A stretch of DNA of 64,000 bases from Candidatus Dormiibacterota bacterium (GTDB lineage: Bacteria > Chloroflexota > Dormibacteria > CF-121). A program made the translations under genes and the position numbers. The stretch is taken from contig DATEHI010000052.1 of the NCBI GenBank assembly GCA_035279665.1, forward strand, positions 7,939-71,938, written 5' to 3'. Shown here in pieces: positions 51,682 to 61,183 of this stretch (its first letter is position 1; every line of letters starts with the position of its first letter). The notes under the pieces are model-generated. The model had not been told where the DNA came from. It was given only the letters and a program-made list of their open reading frames with translations, and searched no databases.

Positions 51682-52689
51682 TTACGGTAGGGTAATGGTC
51701 CGCTCGAAACTGCCGACACCCTCATACGCGATCCGGAGCCGATAGTCGCCCGGGTGCGTGATCACCCAACCCGCCCAGACCTGGGCGGCGGGTCCGATCC
51801 CAGTCGAACCCGTCCCGTTCATGTGCGTTGCGACGCGATCGCCGGCGTCGACGAGTTCATAAGAGAAGGCCAGATGCGGCTTGGCGACGTAGGGAATCGT
51901 CGGCCCAACCATCCGGTCGAGCTGCTTCGCCAACGGCCCGCTTATCACCATATAGACCGAAACCGTGGCGCTGGTTGCCTCGACCCTGGTGAAGCGGACC
52001 GTCGAGTCACCCAGTGTTCCTGCGGCGGGCGGCGGCAACGGGCGACTCGACTCAACCGGGATCGTGCCCTGCAGCGTCCAATCGCCCGCGACCGTTTGGC
52101 CGCCCGGAGCAGCTGCGAGTGTGCTGGCATGCAGGCGGAGACGCGCACCGAGGAACGAATCAGGCCAGGGGAGGCCATCGAAGATCAGGACGTTGTCGCC
52201 GGTTCGCGCGTCCGAGGTCCCGCCACTGATCGCAATTGCGCGACCAAACTGATCGGTTAGCTCGTTCCGCCCGAAAAGCATGAGGTCGGGCGGATCCACG
52301 CTGAGCACGAGGACGGTTTGGTTCTTGTCGGCGTAACCAGCGACCAGCCGCACCGTGTAACCGGACGACGTTGCGCGGCTGTCCAGGGCGGTGAAACGCC
52401 CCTGCAGACCGGCAAGCCCCGCCGACCGCAGCGCCGGACCGACGGCGGTTCCGACGATCGGGGCATCGGCCAGGGCCTGCGCGAATCGCGGCGCATAGAA
52501 CGTGGCCCCACTCACCGAGACGATGAGCAAAACGACCGCCAGCGCGACGGTTGCCCACCGAGGACGGCGTTGCATCGAACGGGTCCGCCGGGCAGCGGGC
52601 TCGGCCATTCGGGCGAGGACGCGCGGCACCAGCGCGTCCGGCATCGGCAAATCGAGGTCGGCCAAACGATCTTCAAGGCTGGTACTCAT
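51682..52689 (-). CDS. Putative anti-sigma factor (membrane-anchored, extracytoplasmic beta-rich domain)
   Basis: Overlaps the stop of the upstream ECF sigma gene. N-terminal cytoplasmic segment and one TM (WATVALAVVLLIVSVSGATF). Confidence 0.6.
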   Translation of the reverse strand: MSTSLEDRLADLDLPMPDALVPRVLARMAEPAARRTRSMQRRPRWATVALAVVLLIVSVSGATFYAPRFAQALADAPIVGTAVGPALRSAGLAGLQGRFTALDSRATSSGYTVRLVAGYADKNQTVLVLSVDPPDLMLFGRNELTDQFGRAIAISGGTSDARTGDNVLIFDGLPWPDSFLGARLRLHASTLAAAPGGQTVAGDWTLQGTIPVESSRPLPPPAAGTLGDSTVRFTRVEATSATVSVYMVISGPLAKQLDRMVGPTIPYVAKPHLAFSYELVDAGDRVATHMNGTGSTGIGPAAQVWAGWVITHPGDYRLRIAYEGVGSFERTITLP

Positions 52690-53237
52690 CTCGTCTCCTT
52701 CAGAAGGATGCGCAGCGTGTCGAGCGCTCGCCGGATCGCCATCGTCGCCGCAGCCGGGCTGATACCGTACGCAGCCCCGACCTCCGCGAAACCGAGGCCC
52801 GCGCCAAACCGCAGCGCGATCATGCCCCGCTCCCGCGGCCGGAGCCGCCGGACGGCCGCCAGCAGCTCGGCCGCCGTGATCCGCAGGAGCGCAAGGTCTT
52901 CGACGTTAACGCCCAACATTGGCTGCGATCGAAATCGCTCCCACAGCCGGCGACGCCTGGTCGAAACGCGACCGGCGTCGGTCGCGGTGTTGACGACGAT
53001 CCGCCACAACCAGGTCTCGACCGGCCCGCGGCTGGCGTCGAACCGTCCCAAATTCCGGATGGCGCGCACCAAGGCATCCTGGGCCAGGTCCTCGGCCTCG
53101 ACGTCGCCGGCCGCCACCATGGCGGCGAAACGATAGACGCGCTGCGCGTACCGGGCGCAAAACAGATCAGCTGTTAGCGGCCGATTGTCGCCGCCTTCCA
53201 CAGGTTCTCCGGGGGCACGCTGCTCATGGCCGGCCAC
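52686..53237 (-). CDS. ECF-type RNA polymerase sigma factor
   Basis: Region 2 (AEDLAQDALVRAIRNLGRFD...TWLWRIVVN) and region 4 (GMIALRFGAGLGFAEVGAAYGISPAAATMAIRRAL). Confidence 0.85.
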   Translation of the reverse strand: MAGHEQRAPGEPVEGGDNRPLTADLFCARYAQRVYRFAAMVAAGDVEAEDLAQDALVRAIRNLGRFDASRGPVETWLWRIVVNTATDAGRVSTRRRRLWERFRSQPMLGVNVEDLALLRITAAELLAAVRRLRPRERGMIALRFGAGLGFAEVGAAYGISPAAATMAIRRALDTLRILLKETR

Positions 53238-53321
53238 AGTCTATATACGCTCCGAACTGGAGAACCCTAACAAACGCTCACCGCTGAAGCGGAGCAAGCG
53301 ACGAGCAGTAGCCTTGAAGCG

Positions 53322-54020
53322 ATGACACCCGCGACCAGCCGACAATTCCTCCTGATCGACGGCGACGATACGCTGTGGGAGAACAACGTCTACTTCGAGC
53401 AGGCGATCGAGGCGTTCATCGACTTCCTCGGTCACTCGTCGATGACTCGGGAGCAAGTTCGCGCCGCGCTCGACGAGGTGGAGCACATGAACGTCCGCGT
53501 TCACGGGTACGGATCGGCCGCCTTCACGAAAAACCTCCAGCAAACGTATGAGCGGCTTGCCGGACGAGACGTAGAGCCGCAAGAGATCGAGCATGTCATG
53601 CAACTGGGCCAGCGGATCGCGAGCCAACCACTGACGCTCATCCCAGAAGTCGCAGCGACGGTCGACTATCTCGCCGGTCGCCACGATCTGATGCTGGTGA
53701 CCAAGGGGCACCCCGAGGAGCAGCGGCTAAAGATCGAGCGATCCGGGCTGGAGTCACGCTTTACGGCGACCGCCGTCGTCAGCGAAAAAGCCGTGGAAAC
53801 TTACCGGGCGATCGTCGAGCAGCGGCAGCTCGACCCGGCGCGTACCTGGATGATCGGCAACTCGCCGCGCTCCGACATCAACCCCGCGCTCCGGGCCGGA
53901 CTCAGTGCGGTCTTCATTCCACATGAGCACACCTGGCGGCTTGAAAAGGAGGAGGTCGACCATGCCGACGGCCGCCTCCTCGTCTTGCGCAGGTTTGCCG
54001 AGCTTCGGGCGCATTTCTAG
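53322..54020 (+). CDS. HAD-superfamily hydrolase (subfamily IA-like)
   Basis: Motif I LIDGDDTLW and motif III/IV (MIGNSPRSDINPAL). Confidence 0.85.
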   Translation: MTPATSRQFLLIDGDDTLWENNVYFEQAIEAFIDFLGHSSMTREQVRAALDEVEHMNVRVHGYGSAAFTKNLQQTYERLAGRDVEPQEIEHVMQLGQRIASQPLTLIPEVAATVDYLAGRHDLMLVTKGHPEEQRLKIERSGLESRFTATAVVSEKAVETYRAIVEQRQLDPARTWMIGNSPRSDINPALRAGLSAVFIPHEHTWRLEKEEVDHADGRLLVLRRFAELRAHF

Positions 54021-54032
54021 CGCGTCGACGAC

Positions 54033-56399
54033 TTACTCCGTCTGCAGCACCTCGGTTACCCTCGACCGCGCCGCCCACTGCGCCGGGATGAGCGCCCCGA
54101 GCATGGCGATCGCGAGGCCGGCCGCAGCTAGCGCAACGAGCAAGCCGATGTCGAACACGTTGAAGTACTGGCTCGGAATGCCCGTCCCCGAGGCAATCTG
54201 GCCCATCAGCACCAGGATGTTGCGGTGAAGGATCATGCCGCCCGGGATGCCGATGCCGGCACCAACCACGCCGAGTAGCGCGACCGACGCCAGGACCATC
54301 GCGGTCACCTGGCCTGGCGTCATGCCAATGGCCTTGAGGACCGCAACGTCGCGAGCCTTCTCGCGGGTATTCAGCACAACGGTGTTGAAGACGCCGGCGA
54401 GCGCGATCAGGGTCAGGATCAGCGCCAGCCCCGCCAGCGTGCTGTTGATCAGGATGAATGCGGTATCGACGCCGCCCTGGGCGCGAACGTCAACACCGAG
54501 CTCGGGGCTGGCCGACTGCAGGGTACCTGCGTAAACGTTGGCGTTGGTGCCCGGCCGCAGCTGGATTTCGTACTGCTGTGCCTCAAAATTGCCGGGAAGG
54601 CTCCCCCAATCGGTGCGCAGCAGGATGTTGTCGCCCTGGATGTCGAAGATTTCGCCGACCAGCCTGAGGCTGAGGTCCTGACCATTCAGGCTGGCGGTGA
54701 TCGTATCGCCGAGACGGTGTTGCGTCCTGGTCAGAAACGCTGTCGGTGCCACCGCTTCGCCCGCCGAATTGAACCATCGCCCGCCGATGACCGGATAGCC
54801 GAGCCAGGAGGCATCGCCTCGGTAGGCGGTTAGCGGAACGGGCTCACCGGCGCCTGCCACCGCCACGTCCAGCGTGGTTTCCGAAACGACGTGCGCGGTT
54901 CCGGACTGTGCCCCGATCAGGGCCGTGACCTGCTGGTCGGTTGGCGTGGTGCTTGGGCCTTTGGTACCGGCACCCTGTGGCTGAGCCGTTTCCTTACCGA
55001 CACCCCCAACCTGCCGAAAGACGGTGACCTGCACCTGCTGGTCGCGGCTCAGGCCGGACTTGACATCGGCTAGCGATCGGCTCAATCCGAGGCTGAACGT
55101 GACCGTTGCGACGCCGATCAGGATCGCGGCCGCGGTCATTGCCGACCGGACCGGTCGCGCTAGGGAATCACCACCGCCGAGTGTCAGGGCGCGCGGCAGC
55201 GCGAGCCGCGCCGCGATTCGAGCAAGCCGGAACCCGTGTCCGGCGGACGGCGCGCTGCCGGTGGCGATCGCCGTCGCGGCGGTCATTCGGCCTGCGCCCA
55301 GGGAAGCGAGCACCGTCGTGATGATCACGACCATGAGGATCGCAAGGACTCCGAGGGCATCCGTCACCGGGGCAATCCCGAACGTCTGCGGCAGGTTGAA
55401 CGCGTGTGCCGTGTCCGCCAGGAATGGCTGGCTCAGCACGATGCCGAGCGGCACACCGGCAAGACAGCCGGCGATCGCTGGGATCAGCATCTGGCCGGCC
55501 ACCACCGACATCACCTGCCCCGGGGTGAAGCCGATCGACTTCATGATCCCAATGTCACGCGTGCCCGCGATCACGGCACCGCTGACCAGGGTGGCGATGA
55601 TGAAGACCGATGCCAGCAAGGCGAAGGCGCTGAAGGCAAGCAGGAAGGGGATCATCACGGCCGTCGTGCGGTCAGCATCGAGCTTGGCCGTGAGGTAGCT
55701 GGTGGTATCGATGACGGCGCCCCCGTGGAGTCCGGCACTGATCCTGTTGGCCACGGTGTCGATGTCGTGCTGCGAGCTGGCATTGACCAATCGGTACTCC
55801 ATCAAATCGGTGGTCTGGAGCTTCCCGCTGGTCACCAGCGGCACCGCCGCCGGGACGGTCCAGGCGGCCGGCTGATTGCCGACGCCAACCGCGACACCCA
55901 CGACCGTCAGGGGCGGCAGCAGACTGCCGATGCCCGGCGTCACCGTGTCGCCAAGCTGGATCCCACTCCTGTCCGAAAACTGCTGGGACAGGACCACCTC
56001 GTTGGGCCGCTGCGCCCAGCGACCGGCGATCTGCGTCAGACGGTCGACGGCCCCATCCGGTCCGTCGCGTCCCGCGAGCGGTACGGTAAACGTCTGCCCA
56101 TCGGGTTGCGCAATCGGCCATGGGGTCACGCGCCAGGGGCCGACAAACGCGCTGACCCCCGCCGTCTGCCCGGTCGCGCGAAGTTGTGCCTCGCTGACAG
56201 CAGAGGCGGCGAAGGTCATCGTCAGGTGCGCGCCCCGGGCCTGCTGAAACGCGTGGTCGAACGGTGCGTCCGACTCGACCAGAAGCGTCAACGCGAGCGT
56301 GGCGGAAAGGCTCGAGAGCAGGAGGACGATGGCAATGACCGCGGTCTGCACCTTGCGGCGGCGCAGGTCGGCAAGGCTCTTGCGAAGTACGGCGCTCAT
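54033..56399 (-). CDS. ABC transporter permease with duplicated FtsX-like domains (MacB/YbbP type)
   Basis: 788 aa. Two 4-TM FtsX modules, each preceded by a large extracytoplasmic domain. The stop overlaps the ATPase gene. Confidence 0.85.
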   Translation of the reverse strand: MSAVLRKSLADLRRRKVQTAVIAIVLLLSSLSATLALTLLVESDAPFDHAFQQARGAHLTMTFAASAVSEAQLRATGQTAGVSAFVGPWRVTPWPIAQPDGQTFTVPLAGRDGPDGAVDRLTQIAGRWAQRPNEVVLSQQFSDRSGIQLGDTVTPGIGSLLPPLTVVGVAVGVGNQPAAWTVPAAVPLVTSGKLQTTDLMEYRLVNASSQHDIDTVANRISAGLHGGAVIDTTSYLTAKLDADRTTAVMIPFLLAFSAFALLASVFIIATLVSGAVIAGTRDIGIMKSIGFTPGQVMSVVAGQMLIPAIAGCLAGVPLGIVLSQPFLADTAHAFNLPQTFGIAPVTDALGVLAILMVVIITTVLASLGAGRMTAATAIATGSAPSAGHGFRLARIAARLALPRALTLGGGDSLARPVRSAMTAAAILIGVATVTFSLGLSRSLADVKSGLSRDQQVQVTVFRQVGGVGKETAQPQGAGTKGPSTTPTDQQVTALIGAQSGTAHVVSETTLDVAVAGAGEPVPLTAYRGDASWLGYPVIGGRWFNSAGEAVAPTAFLTRTQHRLGDTITASLNGQDLSLRLVGEIFDIQGDNILLRTDWGSLPGNFEAQQYEIQLRPGTNANVYAGTLQSASPELGVDVRAQGGVDTAFILINSTLAGLALILTLIALAGVFNTVVLNTREKARDVAVLKAIGMTPGQVTAMVLASVALLGVVGAGIGIPGGMILHRNILVLMGQIASGTGIPSQYFNVFDIGLLVALAAAGLAIAMLGALIPAQWAARSRVTEVLQTE

Positions 56400-57112
56400 T
56401 GGAGCTGCACCAGGCTGCGGGACCCATCGCCGCGCTGATCAGCGACAGCGCCGTCGACCAGCCGGACGACGCGCGTGGCGCTCGACCGGGCCAGCCGCTC
56501 GTCGTGGGTCACGAGCACCAGCGTCTGTCCGGTGCGGTTCAGGTCGCCGAGGATGGCCATCACCTGGTCGCCGGAGTGTGAGTCGAGGGCGCCGGTCGGT
56601 TCGTCCGCCAGCAGCAAGACCGGATTGTTGATGAGCGCCCGCGCGATCGCCACACGCTGTCGCTCGCCACCACTCATCCGAGCCGGGTACTGGTCTCGCA
56701 AGGGCGCGATGCCGAGGCGTTCGAGCAGATCCAGCGCCCGCCGGCGCGCCTGGCCAGGTTTCATCCCGGCGAGCTGGGCCGGGATCGTGACATTGTCGAG
56801 TGCCGTCAAATTGTTGAGCAGGTTGAAGAACTGGAAGATGATCCCCACTCGAGCGCGGCGGAAGCGCGCCAGGCCGGCCTCGCTGAGCCGGCCGAGGTCG
56901 ACGCCGTCGACGACGATCGTTCCCTTCGTCGGACGATCCAGGCCGCCGATCACGTTGAGCAGCGTGGACTTTCCGCTTCCAGACGGCCCCATGATGGCGG
57001 TCACCTCGCCGGCGGCGATGCCGATCGAGACGCCATCGAGCGCTGCGTGCGCGCGTTCGCCGTTGTAGACCTTCCTGACCTCGGTCAGCGCGATGAGTTC
57101 GGCCATGACCAC
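56396..57112 (-). CDS. ABC transporter ATP-binding protein (MacB/LolD family)
   Basis: Walker A GPSGSGKST, Q-loop, signature MSGGERQR, Walker B LLLADEPTGALD. Confidence 0.9.
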   Translation of the reverse strand: MVMAELIALTEVRKVYNGERAHAALDGVSIGIAAGEVTAIMGPSGSGKSTLLNVIGGLDRPTKGTIVVDGVDLGRLSEAGLARFRRARVGIIFQFFNLLNNLTALDNVTIPAQLAGMKPGQARRRALDLLERLGIAPLRDQYPARMSGGERQRVAIARALINNPVLLLADEPTGALDSHSGDQVMAILGDLNRTGQTLVLVTHDERLARSSATRVVRLVDGAVADQRGDGSRSLVQLQ

Positions 57113-57302
57113 GCTCCTTTTGGGCTGCGGCCCACGGTTGATGGAGCGCAGCCTATGGTGGATTCAGCGCGCCGGCGTCATCGCCAGAGATGAATTCGGA
57201 TCATTCCTGCGGGCGATGGTTCGCCGGGCTCATCCCGCCGAATGACCCCGGCTCATCCCCCGGGCTGATGCGCCGCGCACGCCGCCCCGCTAGAGTCGTG
57301 GT

Positions 57303-58445
57303 GTGCGGCAGCTCGGCACGCTCGCCCGCCGCCTCGATATCCACTGGACCGATGCTGCGCTCGCGCTGGGCCTGACCGCTTGGACCGTCGTAGAAGGGTC
57401 AGGATCGGATCAGTTGGAAGGCTCCCCCGCCGTTCTCCTCTGCACCCTGCCGTTGCTGGTCCGGCGACGGTGGCCGATTCCCGTGCTCATCCTGGCCGTC
57501 ATCGGCTTCAGCATCGCGCAAAACGCCACGAACCTGGCCGCCCTCATCGGCGGGGTGACCGCCGCGGTCTCGGTCGGCCTTTATACGCGTCAAGAAATAC
57601 TGGCATGGCTGGCCGTGGCAGGCAGTGCGCTCGTCATCGCCCTGGAGTTCGGCCATGGCCCGACGAGCACGCTCCCAATCCCCGGCGCCGCGCTCGCCTT
57701 CATTCTTCTCGGCGCCTCGTTCCTGGCTGGCCGGGAGATCTCAACCCGTCAGCAGCAGCTGAATCAGCAACGCGAGCGCGCCGGCAAGCTGGAGGAGGAA
57801 CACGCTGAGGCGATCAAGGCGGCGGCCGAGGCGGAGAGACGCCACATCGCGCGCGAGCTCCACGACGTCGTGGCTCATACGGTAAGCGTCATGGTCGTTC
57901 AGGCCGGGGCCGCGCGGCAAATCCTCATGGAAAAACCAGAGGCAGCCCGCGAGTCATTGCAAAACGTGGAGAACACGGGCCACGAAGCCATGGCCGAGCT
58001 GCGCCGGCTGCTCGGCGTGCTGGGCGAGAACGGTAGCCAGGCGCCACCGCTGGCTCCGCAGCCCGGGCTCGATGGGCTGGAAGCGCTGGCGGCTCGCGTC
58101 CGAGAGGCCGGGCTTCCGGTCGAGTTGCGCGTCGAGGGTCCACCCCTGCTCTTGCCACCCGGGATGGAGGTCGCAGCCTACCGCATCGTGCAAGAAGCGC
58201 TGACCAACGCCCTCAAATACGCCGGAGGCGCGAAGACCGAGGTCGTCGTCCGCAACACCCCTGATGAGCTGGAGCTCGAAGTCGTGGATGAAGGTCTGAT
58301 AGTCAATCCCTCCGACGGCATCGGGCGCGGACTGGTCGGCATGCAGGAGCGGATCGCACTCTTTGGCGGCACGGTCGAGGCCGGTAAACGGCCAGAGGGC
58401 GGCTACGCGGTGCGGGCCCGATTCCCGCTGAAACAGCCAACGTGA
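57303..58445 (+). CDS. Sensor histidine kinase, NarL/DesK type (HisKA_3 + HATPase) with multi-TM N-terminal sensor
   Basis: RRHIARELHDVVAHTVSVMVVQAGAA H-box, ALTNALKYAG N-box and GIGRGLVGMQERIALFGG. Confidence 0.85.
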   Translation: MRQLGTLARRLDIHWTDAALALGLTAWTVVEGSGSDQLEGSPAVLLCTLPLLVRRRWPIPVLILAVIGFSIAQNATNLAALIGGVTAAVSVGLYTRQEILAWLAVAGSALVIALEFGHGPTSTLPIPGAALAFILLGASFLAGREISTRQQQLNQQRERAGKLEEEHAEAIKAAAEAERRHIARELHDVVAHTVSVMVVQAGAARQILMEKPEAARESLQNVENTGHEAMAELRRLLGVLGENGSQAPPLAPQPGLDGLEALAARVREAGLPVELRVEGPPLLLPPGMEVAAYRIVQEALTNALKYAGGAKTEVVVRNTPDELELEVVDEGLIVNPSDGIGRGLVGMQERIALFGGTVEAGKRPEGGYAVRARFPLKQPT

Positions 58446-59107
58446 GCACGAGCGTCCTGATCGCCGATGACCAGTCGCTGGTTCGCGCCGGCTTCCGCCT
58501 GATCCTCGAGTCGCAACCCGACTTCGAGGTGGTTGGTGAAGCCCATGATGGCGAGCAGGCGGTCGCCCTCGCACGGCGGCACCATCCCAATGTCGTGCTG
58601 ATGGACGTGCGCATGCCACGGCTCGATGGGCTCGAGGCGACCCGCCAAATCCTGAAGGACGGCTTGAGCGGCTGCCGGATCGTGATCCTCACGACCTTCG
58701 ACCTGGATGAGTATGTGTATGCCGCCCTGCGCGCCGGCGCCTGCGGCTTTCTCCTCAAGGACGTGGCGCCGGAGCAGCTGATCGCCGCCGTTCGGCTGGT
58801 GGCCGCCGGCGACGCGCTGCTCGCGCCATCGATCACGCGACGGTTGATCGAACGATACGCGGCGCGCAACGCCCGCAGCGACTCGACCGCGGACTTATCG
58901 TCACTCACCGAACGCGAGGTGGACGTTCTTCGCCTGATGGCCCGCGGACTGGGCAACCAGGATATCGGCGAAAAGCTCTTCGTCAGCGAAGCGACGGTGA
59001 AGACGCATGTCGCTCACATCCTGGACAAGCTCCAGGTAGGGAATCGGGTTCAGGCCGTCGTCGCCGCCTACGAATCGCGCCTGGTAACCCCCGGCGAGCC
59101 TGCCTGA
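58442..59107 (+). CDS. LuxR/NarL-family response regulator
   Basis: Receiver domain VLIADDQSLVRAGF...VLMDVRMPRLDG and LuxR HTH LTEREVDVLRLMARGLGNQDIGEKLFVSEATVKTHV. Confidence 0.9.
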   Translation: MSTSVLIADDQSLVRAGFRLILESQPDFEVVGEAHDGEQAVALARRHHPNVVLMDVRMPRLDGLEATRQILKDGLSGCRIVILTTFDLDEYVYAALRAGACGFLLKDVAPEQLIAAVRLVAAGDALLAPSITRRLIERYAARNARSDSTADLSSLTEREVDVLRLMARGLGNQDIGEKLFVSEATVKTHVAHILDKLQVGNRVQAVVAAYESRLVTPGEPA

Positions 59108-59174
59108 TCACGGCGGAATTCGCACGACTGCCGGGCAGGGTTTTAGAATCTGCCAAGACCGAAGGAGGGAGCAG

Positions 59175-60761
59175 ATGACCGACCGGCGCCGTTGGATCCT
59201 GGTTGCCGCTGTGCTCGGCTCCGGCATCGTGTTCCTCGACTCCACGGTGGTCAACGTTGCCCTCCCCCGAATCGGCCGGGACCTCCCGCGACTCTGGTTC
59301 GGCATCCTCGAGGGCCAGTCCTACGTCTACAATGCCTACCTGCTGACGCTTAGCGCGCTGCTGATCCTGGCTGGCGCGCTCAGCGATTACTACGGCCGCA
59401 AGCGCATGTTCCTCTACGGCCTGGTCGGCTTCGGCCTGACCTCGGTGCTTTGCGGTCTGGCCCCCAACATCGAGTTGCTCGTCCTCTTTCGCGTTCTCCA
59501 GGGTGTGGCGGGGGCCGTCCTGGTCCCTGGATCGCTGGCGCTCCTCACGGCCAACTTCGAGGGGGAGGCCCAGGGCCGGGCCTTCGGCCTCTGGGCCGGC
59601 GCCTCCGGGGCAACCACCATCCTCGGCCCGTTCGTCGGCGGCCTGTTGGTAGACACGATTTCCTGGCGCGCCGCCTTCCTGATCAACGTGCCGCTGATCC
59701 TGGTTGCGCTCTGGGCAACTTACGTTCACGTGCCGGAAAGCCGTGACGAAACCTCAACGGCGCATTTCGATTGGCTGGGGTCCGCGATCGTCGCCCTGGC
59801 GGTCGGAGGGCTCGCCTTCGGGACGATCTACGGCCAGCAACGCGATTGGCAGGATCCGTTGGGCTACCTTGCGCTTGCCGTCGGCGTGCTCTGCACGATC
59901 GCTCTCCCCTTCTACATGGCGCGGGCGCCGCACCCATTGATTCCCCTCTCGCTCTTTCGCTCGCGCAACTTCACGGTGACGAACATCTCGACGCTCGTGA
60001 TCTACGGCGCGCTCTATGTCACCTTCTATTACTTGACGCTCTTCATGCAGGGAACGATCGGCTACACCGCGGCCGCGGCTGGGCTGGCCGGCATTCCGGG
60101 CTCGCTCTTTCTGACCTTTCTCTCGGCTCGCTTCGGCGGCCTCGCCGGCCGGATCGGATCGCGCCTCTTCATGGCCATCGGCCCGGTGATCATGGCCATC
60201 GGCGTCCTGTGGTACGCGCGCATGCCGGCGACGAGCACCCCCTGGCATCTCGAACCGCAGAACCCGGCGACCTGGGTCCCCCCGCTCTCCTACGTCATCG
60301 ATCTCCTTCCGGCCGGGATCATCTTCGGCCTGGGGCTGTCCCTGCTGGTCGCGCCCCTGACGACCGCGTTGATGCGCTCGGTGCCGGCGCACAACGCGGG
60401 CCTCGGGTCTGCGATCAACAATGCCATCTCGCGGGTCGGCCCGCAGCTCGCCGGCGCCTTGATCTTCGTCTTCATCACCGCCAGCTTCTACAGTTACATT
60501 GCCGCGCGGCGGTCCGACATCGATGTCAACGATCCCGCGTTTCGCAAATTGGTGAGCCCGCTGAACCCCGCCGGGATCCCGGTCATGGGCAGCCTCGTGC
60601 GCGACGCCTCGACAGCATCCTTCCACCTGGCGATGATCGTCGGTGCCGCGCTCCTCCTCCTGGGGGCCATCGTGAACGCGGTCGGCATCCAGGACCCGGC
60701 CCGGGCGCCGCAGCGTGAGGCCACCCAGGGCCAGACTCAGCCCGCGAAGGAGAGTCTCTGA
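59175..60761 (+). CDS. MFS transporter, DHA2 (EmrB/QacA, 14-TM) family
   Basis: 14 hydrophobic segments. MFS motif A-like regions GALSDYYGRKRM. Confidence 0.88.
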   Translation: MTDRRRWILVAAVLGSGIVFLDSTVVNVALPRIGRDLPRLWFGILEGQSYVYNAYLLTLSALLILAGALSDYYGRKRMFLYGLVGFGLTSVLCGLAPNIELLVLFRVLQGVAGAVLVPGSLALLTANFEGEAQGRAFGLWAGASGATTILGPFVGGLLVDTISWRAAFLINVPLILVALWATYVHVPESRDETSTAHFDWLGSAIVALAVGGLAFGTIYGQQRDWQDPLGYLALAVGVLCTIALPFYMARAPHPLIPLSLFRSRNFTVTNISTLVIYGALYVTFYYLTLFMQGTIGYTAAAAGLAGIPGSLFLTFLSARFGGLAGRIGSRLFMAIGPVIMAIGVLWYARMPATSTPWHLEPQNPATWVPPLSYVIDLLPAGIIFGLGLSLLVAPLTTALMRSVPAHNAGLGSAINNAISRVGPQLAGALIFVFITASFYSYIAARRSDIDVNDPAFRKLVSPLNPAGIPVMGSLVRDASTASFHLAMIVGAALLLLGAIVNAVGIQDPARAPQREATQGQTQPAKESL

Positions 60762-61183
60762 TGGCCGTCCGCGACGATGTCGTCAATACTATCGCCGCCT
60801 TCTCGCTGTTCGCGGACCTGACAGGCCCTCAACTCGAGGAGGTGGCGCACCTGTTCGACGAGTCCTTCTTCGGGCAGGGCGAGCGAATCCTCCGCCAGGG
60901 CGTCAGTGGATCGGGCTTCTACGTCATCCTCGAGGGGACCGCCGGGATCCGCGTCGACAACGTCGAGCGCAGTACGCTGAAAGCTGGCGATTACTTCGGC
61001 GAAATCTCCTGCTTGCTCGGCGAGGTGCCGGTTGCCGACATCGTGGCGGAAACACCCTTGCGGTGTCTTGTCCTGCCGGCCGCCCAGCTCGAGGGATTTC
61101 TGACGCGGCATCCGCGGATCATGTATCGCCTGCTGCAGGGGGAGGCGCGCAAGCTCAAGAACACAACCAAGTGGCTGAGCTAG
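60761..61183 (+). CDS. Stand-alone cyclic-nucleotide-binding (CAP effector) domain protein, 140 aa
   Basis: cNMP-binding fold motifs (FGQGERILRQGVSGSGFYVILEGTAGI...GDYFGEIS). No DNA-binding domain. TGATG junction with the MFS gene. Confidence 0.8.
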   Translation: MAVRDDVVNTIAAFSLFADLTGPQLEEVAHLFDESFFGQGERILRQGVSGSGFYVILEGTAGIRVDNVERSTLKAGDYFGEISCLLGEVPVADIVAETPLRCLVLPAAQLEGFLTRHPRIMYRLLQGEARKLKNTTKWLS

